Assembly (NCBI RefSeq): GCF_009834535.1
Contig: NC_045696.1
Span: 15,254,001 to 15,318,000 of the forward strand
Direction: 5' to 3'
From: Camelus ferus
Taxonomy: Eukaryota
DNA: 64,000 nt
Under the pieces are notes generated by a model, which saw only the letters and a list, made by a program, of their open reading frames with translations, did not search any database and was not told the origin of the DNA. Position 1 is the stretch's first letter, and each line of letters begins with the position of its first letter. Both the position numbers and the translations under genes were made by a program. Of the stretch, positions 49,990 to 63,143 are shown in pieces.

Positions 49990-52125
49990 AAGAAGTTCAA
50001 GATGACTGCATAGGAAGATTCTGAACTCACCTCCTGTCGTAGACACAACAAATACACAGTTACATATGAAACAAATTTCTCTAAAAAAAAACAAAAACCA
50101 CAACTTGAGAACTAGCTGAACACTTGCTCCACATCTAAGGATATGGAGGCTACACAGAGACGTGTCGGAGAGACAGAGACACACTCTTACCAAAACTCTG
50201 ACCCCCTCACCATCCCCACCCACCATGTAGCAACTCACAATCTGGAGAAATGTCAAAAATATGTACATACATACATAAAATGGAGCTTCTATCAGTCACC
50301 TGAATCCTTGGGTCCTTCACCGGAGAGACAAGCCCCAAAATGTCTGGCTTTGAAAAACAAAAATGGGTCTTATGTTAGGGAGAAATATGAGCCTATAGAG
50401 AATGAAGATTCTGCTTTTAAAGGGCTCACACAGAGAGCCATTTGTCCCTGGGCCCAGCACAAAAAGCGGCAGTTTGAAAAGAACCTAGACAGGAAACACT
50501 GAAAGATGCCATTTTTATGGGTTTCCTCAACCTTGCTGGCACTGGTGCTGGTGGGCGTCATTTTTGCCTTCTCACTCTAACCTGATAATAATGTCAGGTG
50601 AGCAGCCCCCAACCCCTGCCCATATCCACCTGCATGTAACATTAACAGATGCAGAGGGCAAACAACCCCATGTCCTCATGCCACTTGTGTGACCCCACCA
50701 GAACCAAAAGGCAAGGAGCCTTGTCCCACCCATGTCACTCACACAATCCCACCAGAGCCAACAGGCACAGGCAATCTAGATAGGGGACATGCTCTTGAGT
50801 GCCAAGATCGGGACAATGGCAGGATTGCATTTCTGGACCTTATGAGGCTGAAATAAGTGGAGAGGTAGTTTGAGAGACAACCAAGAGCTACAGCAAGTTT
50901 AAATGATAAATTCCATCTCCTACACAGGGCTACTCCTCTAAGACAGGAAGAGATGGTTGTTTTACATAATACACAAAACACAGAGTCAAACAAAATGAGG
51001 AAACAAGAAAATGTCCTAAATGAAGAAACAAGATAAAACCACAGAAAAGCAAAATCTTAACAAAATGGAGATGATTAATTTATCTGATAAAGAGTTCAAA
51101 ATAATGGTCATAAAGATGCTCACAAAACCCAGGAGAGGAAAAGGATGAACACAGTGAGAAATTAAACAAAGAAACAGAATATATAATAAAGTTCCAAACA
51201 GAACTCACAGAGATAATATAGTAACTGAACTGAGTGAAAAACACATTAGAGGGAATCCACAGGAGACTAGATGACACAGAAAAATGGATCAGTTACCTAG
51301 AAGACAGGGTAGTGGAAATCACCCTAATACATCAACAAAAAAAAAAGATTTTTTTAAATGAGGGTAGTTTAAAAGACCTGTGGGACAACACCAAGCATAC
51401 GAATATCTGCATTATATGAGCTCCAGAAGGAAAAGAAAGAGACAAAGGGACAGAAAGCATATTTGAAGAACTGATGGCTGAAAACTTCCATAACCTGGGG
51501 AAAGAAACAGACATCCAGCCTCAGGAAGCACAGTGTGTCCCAAACAAGATAAACCCAAAGAAATCCACACCAAAGTACAGTATAGTTAAAATGTCAAATT
51601 TTAAAAATAAACAGAGAATCTTAAAAGAACCAAGAGAAAAAGAACTAGTTATGTACAAAGGAACCCCCCTAAGACCATTAGCTGATTTCTCAGCTGCTAC
51701 TTTGCAGGCCAGAAGGGAGTGGCACGATAACAAATTAATGAAAGCTTCCAGCCAAGAATGCTCCACCTTGCAAGGTCATTACCCAGAATTGAAGGAGAGA
51801 GAAAGTGTTTCTCCAAAAACAAAAGCTCAAGGAGTTCATCACCACTACACCAACCTGACAAAAAATTTTAAAGGGACTTCTTTAGGTTGAAAAGAAAAGA
51901 CCAGAGCTATAAATGAGGGAAAAAAAAAAAACCTCACTGGTAAAGGCAAATCTATAGTAGAAGTAGTGGTTCAACCACTTTGAAAACCACTCATGAAGGT
52001 CCAAAGACAAGAGTAGTAAAACCTACTGTAACTATAATAATTAGTTAAGGGGTACACAAAATTAAAGAGATGTAAAATAGGACATAAAAAATAAAACATG
52101 GGGGAGGGGAGTTAAAATGTAGAGC
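49990..52125 (+). mobile_element. LINE-1 5' portion (5' UTR, disrupted ORF1, inter-ORF spacer); no ORF2 or polyA
   Basis: Starts 'ttcaagatgactgcataggaagattctgaactcacctcc'. ORFs 51234-51419 and 51474-51890 give ORF1p motifs (LKDLWDNTKHTNI; MAENFHNL..EAQ..P..KGTPLR..ADFSAATLQARREW). Confidence 0.92.
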
Positions 52126-52139
52126 AAAATAAATTTTTT

Positions 52140-52535
52140 GTTCACTTTAGGTGGCTTTAGTATCCCATTTCCTGTGCCAGGAATGTTCTTTCTTCCGAGA
52201 GCCCTCATGGGTCACTCCCTCACTTCGTCCTGGTCTTTAAACATCACCTTATCAGAGAGGCCTTCCTTGATAATCACAAATATGAGACAGCACCTGAACT
52301 GTTCCTTTAACTTTCCCTTTACCCATTTATTTGTTTTACTTTTGTCTATGGTTCTTACACCATCAGACAATATTTATTCATGACTTTGTTTACTGCCCAT
52401 CTCCTCACCCCACATCAGAAAGTAAGCATTGTGATATCATGGATTTTGTTTTATTTACTAACTTCTAGCAAACCCTAGAGAAGTGCCAGGCACAGGGATA
52501 CCTGAAAAGGTTCTACTGAAATGAATTAGGAATGA
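52140..52535 (+). mobile_element. L2 3' end
   Basis: Contains 'cctgtgccaggaatgttctttc' and 'tcagagaggccttccttga', and ends 'cctagagaagtgccaggcacag...gaaatgaat'. Confidence 0.75.
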
Positions 52536-53814
52536 ATATATAATTTAAGCAAGATTTAAAGAAACAACATTGTAGGATACTTATTTAAGTGATTTCTACT
52601 CAGAACTTTCATTTTTTGAAAATTGCCCCTTTCCTTTCTATTTCACCTAACTCTTTAAGCCCAAACAGATGGTCCCTATGAGTGCTCATATGTCCAATTA
52701 GTTCCCTAGCTCTTGTCTATAATAGCTCTTCCTAGTGATCATTATCTGACCCAAGATGGGCAGTCTCTGTCTCCAAGATTCCACACCTGGACGCAGTTGA
52801 TTGATCAGGAGTGGATGTCACTCCTGAGTTAGAATATTTAGGAAAGATAGTACATAGAGTTTGTCCCTCCTTATGTGATTAAAGTTGAGGCTCCAGAACT
52901 GTTGGCTGACCTGTTTTATGCAGAAACCTGGTCACTGTGTAAACACAATGAAGTCAAAGACCTAAAAACACATAATACAAAACGGTGGGCTCTTAAGTCA
53001 AAATCCAGAATCCTGATTTCCTGAGTAGTGCCTCAAGCAGTAAAAATAGTTCTCAACAAATTCAGGGAAGAAATAAATTAGCACTTAATTCTTGAGCTGA
53101 AAAATATTAAAGCATGACTTCATCTTTAATAATGCTTCCAATATTTGTCTCTTTAGAGGTAAGAGCAATGTATCTATTTTAACATGGGTGTGATTTTTCT
53201 ACGACGTTGCCATTAGTTATAGCTCCAGGTCAAAAGAATTAGTTCTATATTCTCTATGGGAATATCAAAGTTGAGTATTTTATTGTTGTTGGGAAAAGAA
53301 CTTTGAAACAGCATCTGATGTAACCAACTAAATGCAAACATAGTGAAGGAGATTTCATTTCATAGTGATCAAGTTATTCATGGAATTTTATTTAATCATA
53401 CCCTGACTTAACAGCTAAAAGAAGTGGATAAAAATGACCATTATCCTTACTTGGTAATAAGACAGTAATAATATCAGTGATCTATAGCCTAGTGACCAAC
53501 CCCTGGAGGGATGAAACTGTAACTCATTTTTAAATGAGAATTTACAAAACCAAAATGGACAGTATAATTCTAAAAATCATCTTGCCTAACACAGCAGAGA
53601 GAGATGTCTCAATGCAAAAAATTTCCACTTCGTAACTTTGTCAGAGCTAATCCATTATGTTATAGCCACTGTCAGCATTATCTTCTTCTTCTTATTTTTA
53701 TCCATTCTATTTTCCTTCATAGGTGTTGAAACTACATTAATATGTGTCCATTATCTCTAACCATTACCTGCGTTTGAATAACAGTCACTCTCCCTTTCCA
53801 ACTCTTATATACGT

Positions 53815-54208
53815 TGTCTAATGGGGTGAATGGTTTGTCCTCTCCATTTCTGTGTGTTGAAGTCCTAGCTTCTAGTAGCCCAGCATGTGGCCTTATTTGG
53901 ATAGAGGATCTTTATAGAAGTAATTAATTTAAAATGAGGTCATTAAGTTGGGCTTTAATCCAATATGACTGATATCCTTATAAGAAGAGGAAATTTAGAC
54001 ATAGAAATGTACAGAGGGAAGCTCCAGGGAAGACCCAGGGGGAAGACAGCCATCTACAAGCCAAGGAGAGAGGCTCTCAAAAGGAATCAGCCCCACCAAA
54101 CCTTGATCGCAGGCTGCTGGCCTCCATAACTGCTTGTTGTTGCTTTCTGTTATTTAAGCCACTCAGTATGTGGTACTTTGTTATGGCAGTCCCTGGCCAA
54201 GTGATACA
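53815..54208 (+). mobile_element. MLT1B-like MaLR LTR within an L2 remnant
   Basis: Reads 'taaaatgaggtcattaagttgggctttaatccaatatgactgatatccttataagaagagg...tttaagccactcagtatgtggtactttgttatggcag'. Confidence 0.87.
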
Positions 54209-55460
54209 CATGAGGAGTCGTCTCCTTATCCTTCAAGTCTCAGCATCTCAGCTCCCTCTCCTAAGCTTCACGTTCATAGATTTAACCAAGTGTCTTTCCA
54301 TCTCTATGACACCCATGGCCGAAAACCATTTGAGTGAACCCATCCATTGCTCTCAGGTCAAGATACAGACCCTTTCATATTATATTGCAAATACTCCATC
54401 ACCTGGCCCCTGTCTACATATTTAGTGTTGCTATGTACCACATTCCATTCCTCTTGACCACCATGTTCTAGCAGTACCAAACTACTATACTTCCATTCCA
54501 CAAATTTTCTTTCTTCTTGTGCTTCCAAGTTTTGACTCATGCTGTTTCTTCTGCTATGAATCCCTTCCACCCCATCTCCCTACCCTCTTACATCTTTATC
54601 TGACTGAATTTTAATAACCATTTGGTCTCAGCTTATACAACTTCCTCTTGGAAGGCTTTCCCTGATGCTTATTGACTAGCTTACATATCTACTATTGTCA
54701 TAGCACCAAAGAAGTTTTCCTTCCAGTAGCACTAGGTACTTGCTTTTGTATGTTGAAAGATGAAAAGCTCTTTGTATCCAGGGATGTGTTTGATCATGGT
54801 GTTTCTACAACCTAGAATGATACTAGGCAAGCAGCATGTAATAGACACTCAAATTCTAAAGCACGCACACCTTTGTAAAGCCCTACCATACTATTCCAGG
54901 CTCTAATATTCTGAATCCATTGTATTTTAAATAGTACCATATTTATGTACTTTAGGTCAAAAATTTGTACGGTGTCTCCCTGTTCATATGACCCTGTCAG
55001 TCAAACATTTAGTTTACACACAGAACTCTACTTAACAGTTTTATGATAAAATAGTGTCTCACATTTTTCATGTTTTGTTGCACAGTTCCAGTATAGTCCT
55101 CGGTGTATTGTAAGCATTCATGATGATCATTAATAAAGAGTGGGGAAAAAAAAACAACCCCACAAAGAAAAGTAAATCTCTGCCTTGGTATGAGGGCTGA
55201 AAGTGCTTTGGATTGATGTCTGTTTAGATCCATTCTAACAAAACTGGAAACCACATATCAGAGATCAAACCAATCGCAAGTAACTTAACTGCTTATCAAA
55301 CAAATGTCACACTCTTAAAGAAACACAAAAGATTCCAGGCCCTCAACAATCTAATTTCTCAATATCCAATCAAAAAAGTACTAAATATTCCAAGAAGCAG
55401 GGAAATATTATCGTGACTAGGAGAAAAATCAATCCATATAAACTTGGATGCAGAAATATC

Positions 55461-56013
55461 TGTAACAACCATGTTTTCTAGTTTCCATACTTGATGCTTT
55501 GACGTTGGGGGGTGAGGGGGCCATGCCTTGCTGACCCTGAAGGGATTGCTCCTCCCAGGGTCAGCCAACTCCTAAAGATTGTAAAGGACTCATCTGGAAA
55601 CACGCCTTTCAAATGTAAACTAACAAATCCTGAGTCCATACCCTAATCAACCCCTTTTTTCAGGCTCTCCCACTCAGGGCCATTACCCCTGCCCTAATCA
55701 CCCCAGGGCCAGGAACCAGACAATTAGAGACAACCTTATGCACCAAAACTCACTTAAATTATTCAAACTAGCCAATCCCAAACCTTTTTACACCACCTCT
55801 CCTATTCCTTCCTACAAAAACCGCAATAAAGGTGTCCACATTTTCTCCTTGCTCTCTCTGTCTCCTGACTGACCCTGTGTGGCCTTTCACGAGATGGTAC
55901 ATCCCCTTTTTTCGAAACTGTGAGCATAGTAAACTATCTTTGCAATGGCAGTAGTCTCCCAATCTGCTGGCCTTGCCATAGCTAAATAATAATAGAACTT
56001 ATATCTTAAGACA
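55461..56013 (+). mobile_element. MER74-like ERVL solo LTR
   Basis: Runs TGTAACAACCATGTTTT..CTTGATGCTTTGAC..CCTTGCTGACCCTG...CTTAAGACA with TSD ATATC (55456-55460) and ATGTC (56014-56018). Confidence 0.88.
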
Positions 56014-56485
56014 ATGTCAGAGATGACATAATTAGAAGTCAAGCATGTCAAGACACCCTTTATAACTATATTCCATTACTCCATTATTTAAAGAAGAGCA
56101 TAAACATAACTGAGATGGAGGAAAGAAGAGGAGAAAAGCAGAGATTTAAGAAGTGGAAATAGTAATAGAACCTACCCAAAATGAAATACAGAGAGAAAAG
56201 TCTAATAAAAAAAACCGAATGACTTAGTGACTTCTGGAACAATATTAAGTGGTTTAACATCTGTGTAATGGAAACCCCTGAAAGAGGAGGGAGCCAGGAA
56301 AATATTTAAAGAAATTATGGCCACTTTTTTCTAAATTTGACTGAAAATTATCAAGCCACATTTCCAAGAATCTCTGCAAACACCAAGCAGGATAAACATA
56401 CATGCATGCAGGGAAAAGAAAGAAGATACTGCTGTGCAAACCTGAAGACTTTTCTCTGCATGCATGCATATATGTATCCTGCACA

Positions 56486-56623
56486 GAAAAAGGAAAAAAA
56501 GAAAAGAAAGAAAGAAAGGGAAAGAAAAGAAGGAAGGAAGGAAGGAAGGAAGGAAGGAAGGAAGGAAGGAAGGAAGGAAGGAAGGAAGTAGGAAGGAAGG
56601 AAGGAAGGAGGAAGGAAGGAAAG
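56486..56623. repeat. Polypurine (GAAA)n/(GGAA)n repeat
   Basis: Read directly; near-pure purine tract. Confidence 0.95.
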
Positions 56624-57429
56624 AAACAGAAAACCATTGAGTCTTGTCATCAAATTACTAATAAAATCAATAAATGATAAATCTTAAAAGTACCCAGAGA
56701 TAAAAGACATATTACCTTCAAATGAATAAACATAAAAAAAATTGCATACTTTCAACAAATACTAATAAAGACTGAGAACAGCATCTTTAACATCTAGAAA
56801 GTAAAAGACTGTCAACTTAGAATTCTATATACAGTCTTCCATATTCATGAAAGTCGGGCCCCCTAATACTTACCTGGAAGAGATCCTTTGACTTCTAGGT
56901 AAACAGAGAGAGAAAATAGAGGAAAAGTAAAGAAGAAATTTGAGAGCAGATAAGCCACTAACTTCCAAACAATGATTTCATAGAGTAGTTCCCCAGTCTT
57001 TTGTATCATTACATAATTTACTTAAGAAATGGGTGGAGCTCTTGTACTAGAACTGTGTTTACACCCTCAACTGACAGGCTGAAGCATCAGCTCCAGCACT
57101 GTGCTGGACGATCCCGACTGACCACTATTTTGTATATCATTGGTTTTCGTTAGTTGTCAAGGTGTCATAAAGCAACTAGCTGGAAAATAACACAGCACAA
57201 AATTCAATAAAGACACCAGGCAAATGTTTGGTCAGCAAGTCAAGTGACCTTGACCACATATCATAATATAATTATTTCTTAGCAAGAAATAAAGCAGTCA
57301 GATTGAAAAGTTACTGTACATTCCATTTCTCTCAAAACTGTTTTTAAAATAAAGCCTATGTGTTATTTATATTACATATCCATAACATAATGTCTCTGCA
57401 AACGTAAGTTAATTATACTTCAAAAATGC

Positions 57430-57955
57430 AGTGTTTAGCACTGAACAGAGTTAAAACCAGGACACCTGAGTCAGGCTGCATGGTTCCTTCTCTGCTCCAC
57501 CATCACATACTTCCATGACCTTGGCCCAGTTACTCAACTTCTTAGAGCTTATTTTTCTTGTATCTAAAATATGAATAATAACAATAATACATATTTTGTA
57601 TAATTTTTGAAGTTAAAATTGATTTAAGCATTTTATGTACAATGGTTAGCCCAGAGTAAGTATACAATTAATATTAACTTCTATTGTTACTGTTGCTGTT
57701 GCATGGAGTTGAGGGAAAATAAATAATAATAATGCCTATAATTTATTTTTTTCTACATACCAAACTCTAGTAAATTTTGTGAGTTCTTTACATGTATTAC
57801 TCACTTTATTCTCATGGAACCCTAAAATATAGATAAAATTATATCCTCTACTTCTTAGAAGGAAAACCGAGGCACTGAGAGATTGAGTAATACTGGGATA
57901 AATGCAGTAGTTGACATTCAAATTTAGGCAGTTTGGCTCCAAAGCCTAAACTTTC
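57430..57955. mobile_element. Two MIRs in opposite orientation
   Basis: Sense 'catgaccttggcccagttactcaacttcttagagcttatttttcttgtatctaaaat'; antisense 'aaggaaaaccgaggcactgagagattgagtaa...aggcagtttggctccaaagcc'. Confidence 0.75.
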
Positions 57956-59620
57956 CAACTTCTTTGCCACTTTCTTTCTTTAATTTCATTATAGAGATTA
58001 CATTTAAAAAATATGCATCTCCCTTTATTTTAGGGTTGATAACATCAATGATTATAGTTAGAACTACATCATCTTTAAGTTCCTCTCTTCTCTTAAAACA
58101 TTTTATCTTTCAGAATTTCAAGCTATGGAATAACTTTATTCTGAACATTTTAAAACCTGTCTTCCTAAAGCCGACAGCTCACATTGGACTCTTTCTTCCT
58201 TCCAGCCCCTTGTTTATTAAAGGCAATAGAATGGCATGGTCTCTTCTCCTCAAGTTCCGACCATGGGGAACTATGATAGGAACTTGGGGAGGAACTAATC
58301 AGTTACTTCCTATTGGATGAGAATCGTATAGTTTGATGTAATCACTTCAATTCTTTCCTCTGCCTTCTTTCGAATAGGATTGGAAAAAGCCAAAAAGTTT
58401 TCAATCTTTCTGTACGTGTTTAGTTGAAAGAGATTTTGTGCAAATAGACTGTTAGTTGAGGCTCCTTTTTCAGAATTCTAATTCATTTTTGCACCAGTTT
58501 ATTATCTGTATCAGGAATGAATCATTTATTTCTCTTTGTTGGCTGGAAATTCAAAGTCTTATAACATTTCTCTTTCTCTCTCATTTTTGTCTGCACATAT
58601 CACACTTTGTTTTTCCTTAACTCCAGTGTTCTCTGCAGTTCTCTACAGAAGTGATCGGAAAAGCCCATTTCTCTTGGGTAAACATTCCTTCAATAAAATC
58701 TTCTTAGATCCTACATTGTCTTCAGCTTGTGACCTTCACTAAAATGTGATCTTCCTGATACGAGAGTCAACAGATATTTATCCCCTATAGTGATTCAAAA
58801 GCTGTGCTAAGCATCTTACAAACATTATGTCACTTAGTCCTCACCCAGACCATGCACACAAGATATTATAATCATTTAAAGGTAAATAAACTAATGTAAC
58901 TACCTTGTAGTGACAGATCAGGGTTCTGCCAAGTTGTCTGGTTCTGAGTCCAATTCTCTTCCCTTAAAGAATAGTGTCTCCAGGTTTGTCATCTGTCTAA
59001 TCAACCCTACTAGTCAGTGGCCCTATGAAGTCAGTCATCAAAGGGACCGGATGCCCAGAAGGGGCGTTTGATCAAAACAGAAAAGTGAGACATAAAATAA
59101 TTGTCAGGCTGGATTTTCTCTCCTAATTGGATTCCGTCCCTTGAGAGAACAATTGGTGGTATAATCTCCACCCACAATGCTGTAGCATGCTCATTATCAA
59201 TTGTTTTTATGCAACAAAGGACTAGACTGCCTTGCGTTTTCTGCACAAGCATTATACATTTTCCTTTTTTATGTGGCTTTCACATTTTTATTTATTAACA
59301 GTTCTGTTACCTGCAGACCTAATGATTTTGGAGGGGTCAGGACAAGGAGTTAAAAACATGCTTTTGAAAATCACATTTATCCAAAAGTAATCAATATGAA
59401 AGCTCAAATTACTATAATGCTGAAGGACTTCCCAAAACTTCTACCTACACAATTCCATGATTTCAATAAGAAAATTCAGAGAAATGAGCAAGCGTGGGTT
59501 CCCTGTTCTTCCGTGGATGATGTTTAAGGATACTATATTGCAGTCATTGAAAGTAATAAACAATTTGCTTAAAGTATTTTCTTATTGCCCTTTCCTGTTG
59601 TCGATCAAAATATATGGGAA

Positions 59621-60741
59621 AACATACAAGCTTTTGCACAGCAAAGGAAATCATAAGCAAAGCAAAACAAAACAACAATTGGAATGGGAGAAAATATTTG
59701 CAAAAGGTGAAAATAACAAGGGCTTGATTTCCAGAATATATAAACAACTCATATGATTTAATAAGAAAAAAAACAAACAACCCAATCTAAAAATGGGCAG
59801 AAGACCTAAACAAGCAATTCTCTACTGAAGACATACAAACGACCAATAGGCACATTAGAAAAAGCTCAGTATCACTCATTATCAGAGAAATGCAAATCAA
59901 AACTACAATAAGGTATTACCTCACACCGGTCAGAATGGCCATCATTCAAATGTCCACAAATGATAAATGCTGGAGAGGCTGTGGAGAAAAGGGACCCCTC
60001 CTACACTGCTGCTGGGAATTCAGTTTGGTGCAGCCATTGTGGAAAACAGTATGGAGATTCCTCAGAAGACTAAAAATAGACTTACCATATGACCCAGCAA
60101 TCCCACTCCTGGGCATATATCCAGAAGGAATCATAATTCAAAAAGACACCTGCACCCCAATGTTCATAGCAGCACTATTTACAATAGCCAAGACATGGAA
60201 ACAACCTAAATGTCCATCAACAGGTGACTGGATAAAGAAGATGTGGTATATTTATACCATGGAATACTACTCAGCCATAAAAATGATAAAATAATGCCAT
60301 TTGCAGCAACATGGATGGCCCTGGAGAATGTCATTCTAAGTGAAGTAAGCCAGAAAGAGAAAGAAATATACCACATGATACCACTCATATGTGGAATCTA
60401 AAAAAAAAGGCAAATGAATGCATTTCTAAAACAGAAACAGACTCACAGACATAGAATACCAGACTTGTGGTTGCCAGGGTAAAGGGGGGTGGGAAGGGAT
60501 AAACTGGGAATTTGAGATTTACATATACTGACTGATGTATACATAAAACAGGTAAACAACAAATTTATACTGTATAGCACAGGGGAACATATTCAATATC
60601 TTGTAGTAGCTCATGGTGAAAAAGAATATGAAAATGAATATACATATATTCATGTATGATTAAAGAATTGTGCTGTACACCAGAAATTGACACAAGATTG
60701 TAAGCTGGCTATGCCTTAATAAAAAAAATTTAAATATATGT
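59621..60741 (+). mobile_element. 5'-truncated LINE-1 (ORF2 C-terminus, 3' UTR, tail) with TSD
   Basis: ORF 59890-60294 is the L1 ORF2p Cys-rich C-terminus ([43 protein letters not shown]). TSD ATATATGGGAA (59610-59620 and 60742-60752). Confidence 0.95.
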
Positions 60742-61496
60742 ATATATGGGAACTAGAACCTCTGGAAGGAAAGTTCAGAAGGTTCTCATGCTTTTTTGAT
60801 AACTCTGCTCCCAAATGGAATGTCAATGTAAAGTCAAATAGAGGAGAGAGAGAGGGGCCCTGTAAACAGAAACCTCTTACAAAGAAAGTTCAGCAGTTTT
60901 CCACTCGACTTTGAATCCTAGTAGAGAACAAAAAAGTACACAGAAGAAAGTCTTAAACATTTAAACAATAAACTCTGAACTCCAAAGAAAAAGGATTTAA
61001 AAGCCTAGCTGATTCAAGAGAATGATTAAGAAGTAGGAAAAAAAGAACAAGGCAATGGGCTTATAAAAGACAATAAATTTTATTTTTAAAATGTAATTTA
61101 TAAAGTAACACTGAAAAGAATTTATAGCTTCTGAGTCCCCTGCCCCAAATCACATGATATTTGTAATCAAAAAATAAGAATTACAGCTGTTTTGTAAGGA
61201 AAATTATGCAATTGCATAGTCCAGTCTTAGGCAATTTTTTATCTACTATTTTACCACTTACCATAAATCCACAGGTATTACAATGCACATGCTTTTTTAA
61301 TGTGACTGTTTTGAAATCACAGTTGGTCTTCCTAGTTACGTTAGCTGCAGAGAAAAATATGTGCCATAACTAAAAATCTAAAACAAAGCATCAGTATTAA
61401 ATCTAATACAGGATATATTATAAAATGAACTCAGTGTTTCAGTAGGTAATACACCTGGAGATGATTGGGTAAAGAAGATATGTATGTGTGAAATAC

Positions 61497-61976
61497 ATAA
61501 AATAGAATGAAATGATGCCATTTGTGGCAACGTGGATGGACCTAGTGATTATCATAATAAGTGAAGTAAGTCAAACAGAGAAAGACAAATATCATATGAT
61601 GTCACTTATATGTGGAATCTAAAAACAATAACACAAATGAACTTATTTACAAAACAGAAACAGACTCACAGACATAGAAAACAAACTATGATTACTAAAG
61701 GGGGAAGGGCTGGAGGGAGGGATAAATTAGGAGACTAGGATTAGCAAATACAAACTACTATATATAAAATAACAAAAATCCCAACAGAGTTGTTTCTGAT
61801 AAATAACAAAGTCTTACTGGATTGTCAATGGCTTGTAATAACCTGTAATGAAAAAGAACATATAATAATTGAATCACTATGTATATGTGTATACATATAC
61901 AATTGTATAATTGAATCACTATGGTGTACACCAGCAACCAAAACAACATTGTAAATCAGATATACTTCAATGAAAA
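61497..61976 (+). mobile_element. 5'-truncated LINE-1 3' end
   Basis: Reads 'atgccatttgtggcaacgtggatggacctag...tcacttatatgtggaatctaaaaa...acagactcacagacatagaaaac...tatacttcaat'. Confidence 0.9.
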
Positions 61977-62354
61977 GCAATTTATTTATCCAAGCTGACA
62001 GAGTGCTAGTAAATAGAAATGTAGAAAGGTGTCAATTTATTTATTTGTTAAATTATCATCATTATTATTATCTCCATTATCAACATCACTCTGGAAGGAC
62101 CTTGGAAAACCAACTGACTTCTTCAACAACTTTCCTTATCCATGGCAGACAGAAGAATGTGGAGATTTAAAGTAATCTGAGAACAAAAGCAATTACCCAT
62201 GTTTGTGACCTTCTCAAATGGAGATATTGTCCTTTCTGAAATCCATTTTAAATGATTAATAATAGGTTTACTGAGAGCCAGCTATAAGCAAGATTTCAAA
62301 CATAAAATTATTCTACAAAAGCACCAAGGGAAAAAAAAAGCATTTATATATTCC

Positions 62355-62641
62355 AGCCACTCATTTCAAATCCAGTTGAACACTGAAATCTCATAAGGTG
62401 AATTTTTAAGAATTCATAGGTTCAGGTCCCAATCCTAGAGAATTTACTAGAGTAGGTGTTGAGTAAAGATTTCCCTGAGTGATTCTATTGAAATAGCAGC
62501 ACATGGAAAATTGGAAATACAAATTCCCAGTCTCCATGCCAGACCTACTAAGTCAGAATCTCTTGTAGGAGTATCCAGGAATTTGTATTTTAAGAAACCC
62601 TCCCTGTGATTTTTACACATGCTAAAGTTTGATGATCACTG
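62355..62641. mobile_element. MER5-family MITE fragments
   Basis: Reads 'ccagacctactaagtcagaatctct...ccaggaatttgtattttaa..ccctgtgatttttacacatgctaaagtttga'. Confidence 0.75.
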
Positions 62642-63029
62642 CCCTACACTATCTCACAGAGATACTTGAACTCAGAAAGATGAAATAATGAAAACAAAGG
62701 AAGTATCATATAAACCATCTCTTATTATTTTGACTTTAAGCTAGCCATGCCTTTAAGCTCCGTCTTATTACAGATGGTTTACATAAGTACCTGTGTTTTA
62801 GCAGCTGTCGGGGAATCTCTTGGGTAACAAGAAATTCCCACTTAGCTGAAAATTATTTTTCAGAAACCAATGTTTGTTTGTTAGATGGCAGTGATAATCA
62901 AGATAAAACAATGTGTCTTCTTACATTGTTGTGTGTGCTTCTGAAATGCTTCATTTAAAAATGCATCCATGATCACACCTAGCCATCAGGCGATAGCAAT
63001 GCCTCCTAGGAGGGCCAGTTGCTTCCCTC

Positions 63030-63143
63030 TGTCTATGGTTGCTTTTGAGTGACAGAGAGGCTGCTGTTGTGACAGAGACCACATGGCCCACGAAGTCAAA
63101 TATATTTATTATCCGGCCCTCTGGAGACAAGGTTTGCTGACTC
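63030..63143 (-). mobile_element. MER58-like MITE fragment
   Basis: Reads 'gttgtgacagagaccacatggcccac..aaatatatttattatccggccctct..ggtttgctgac'. Confidence 0.75.

Larger units (their letters stand above)
55150..56835 (+). mobile_element. Ancient L1 ORF1 region, interrupted by an LTR, a fold-back and a GGAA repeat
   Basis: Contains 'gacttctggaacaatattaag..taacatctgtgtaatggaaacccctgaaa', 'aaatatttaaagaaattatggcc' and 'ctgtcaacttagaattctata'. Confidence 0.7.

Noticed and set aside
56254..56677. RKEG- and PSFL-repeat proteins
   Set aside because: These are translations of the (GGAA)n microsatellite.
61770..61925. Short insertion and 17-bp duplication in an L1 3' UTR
   Set aside because: This is ordinary slippage and decay in a variable L1 region.
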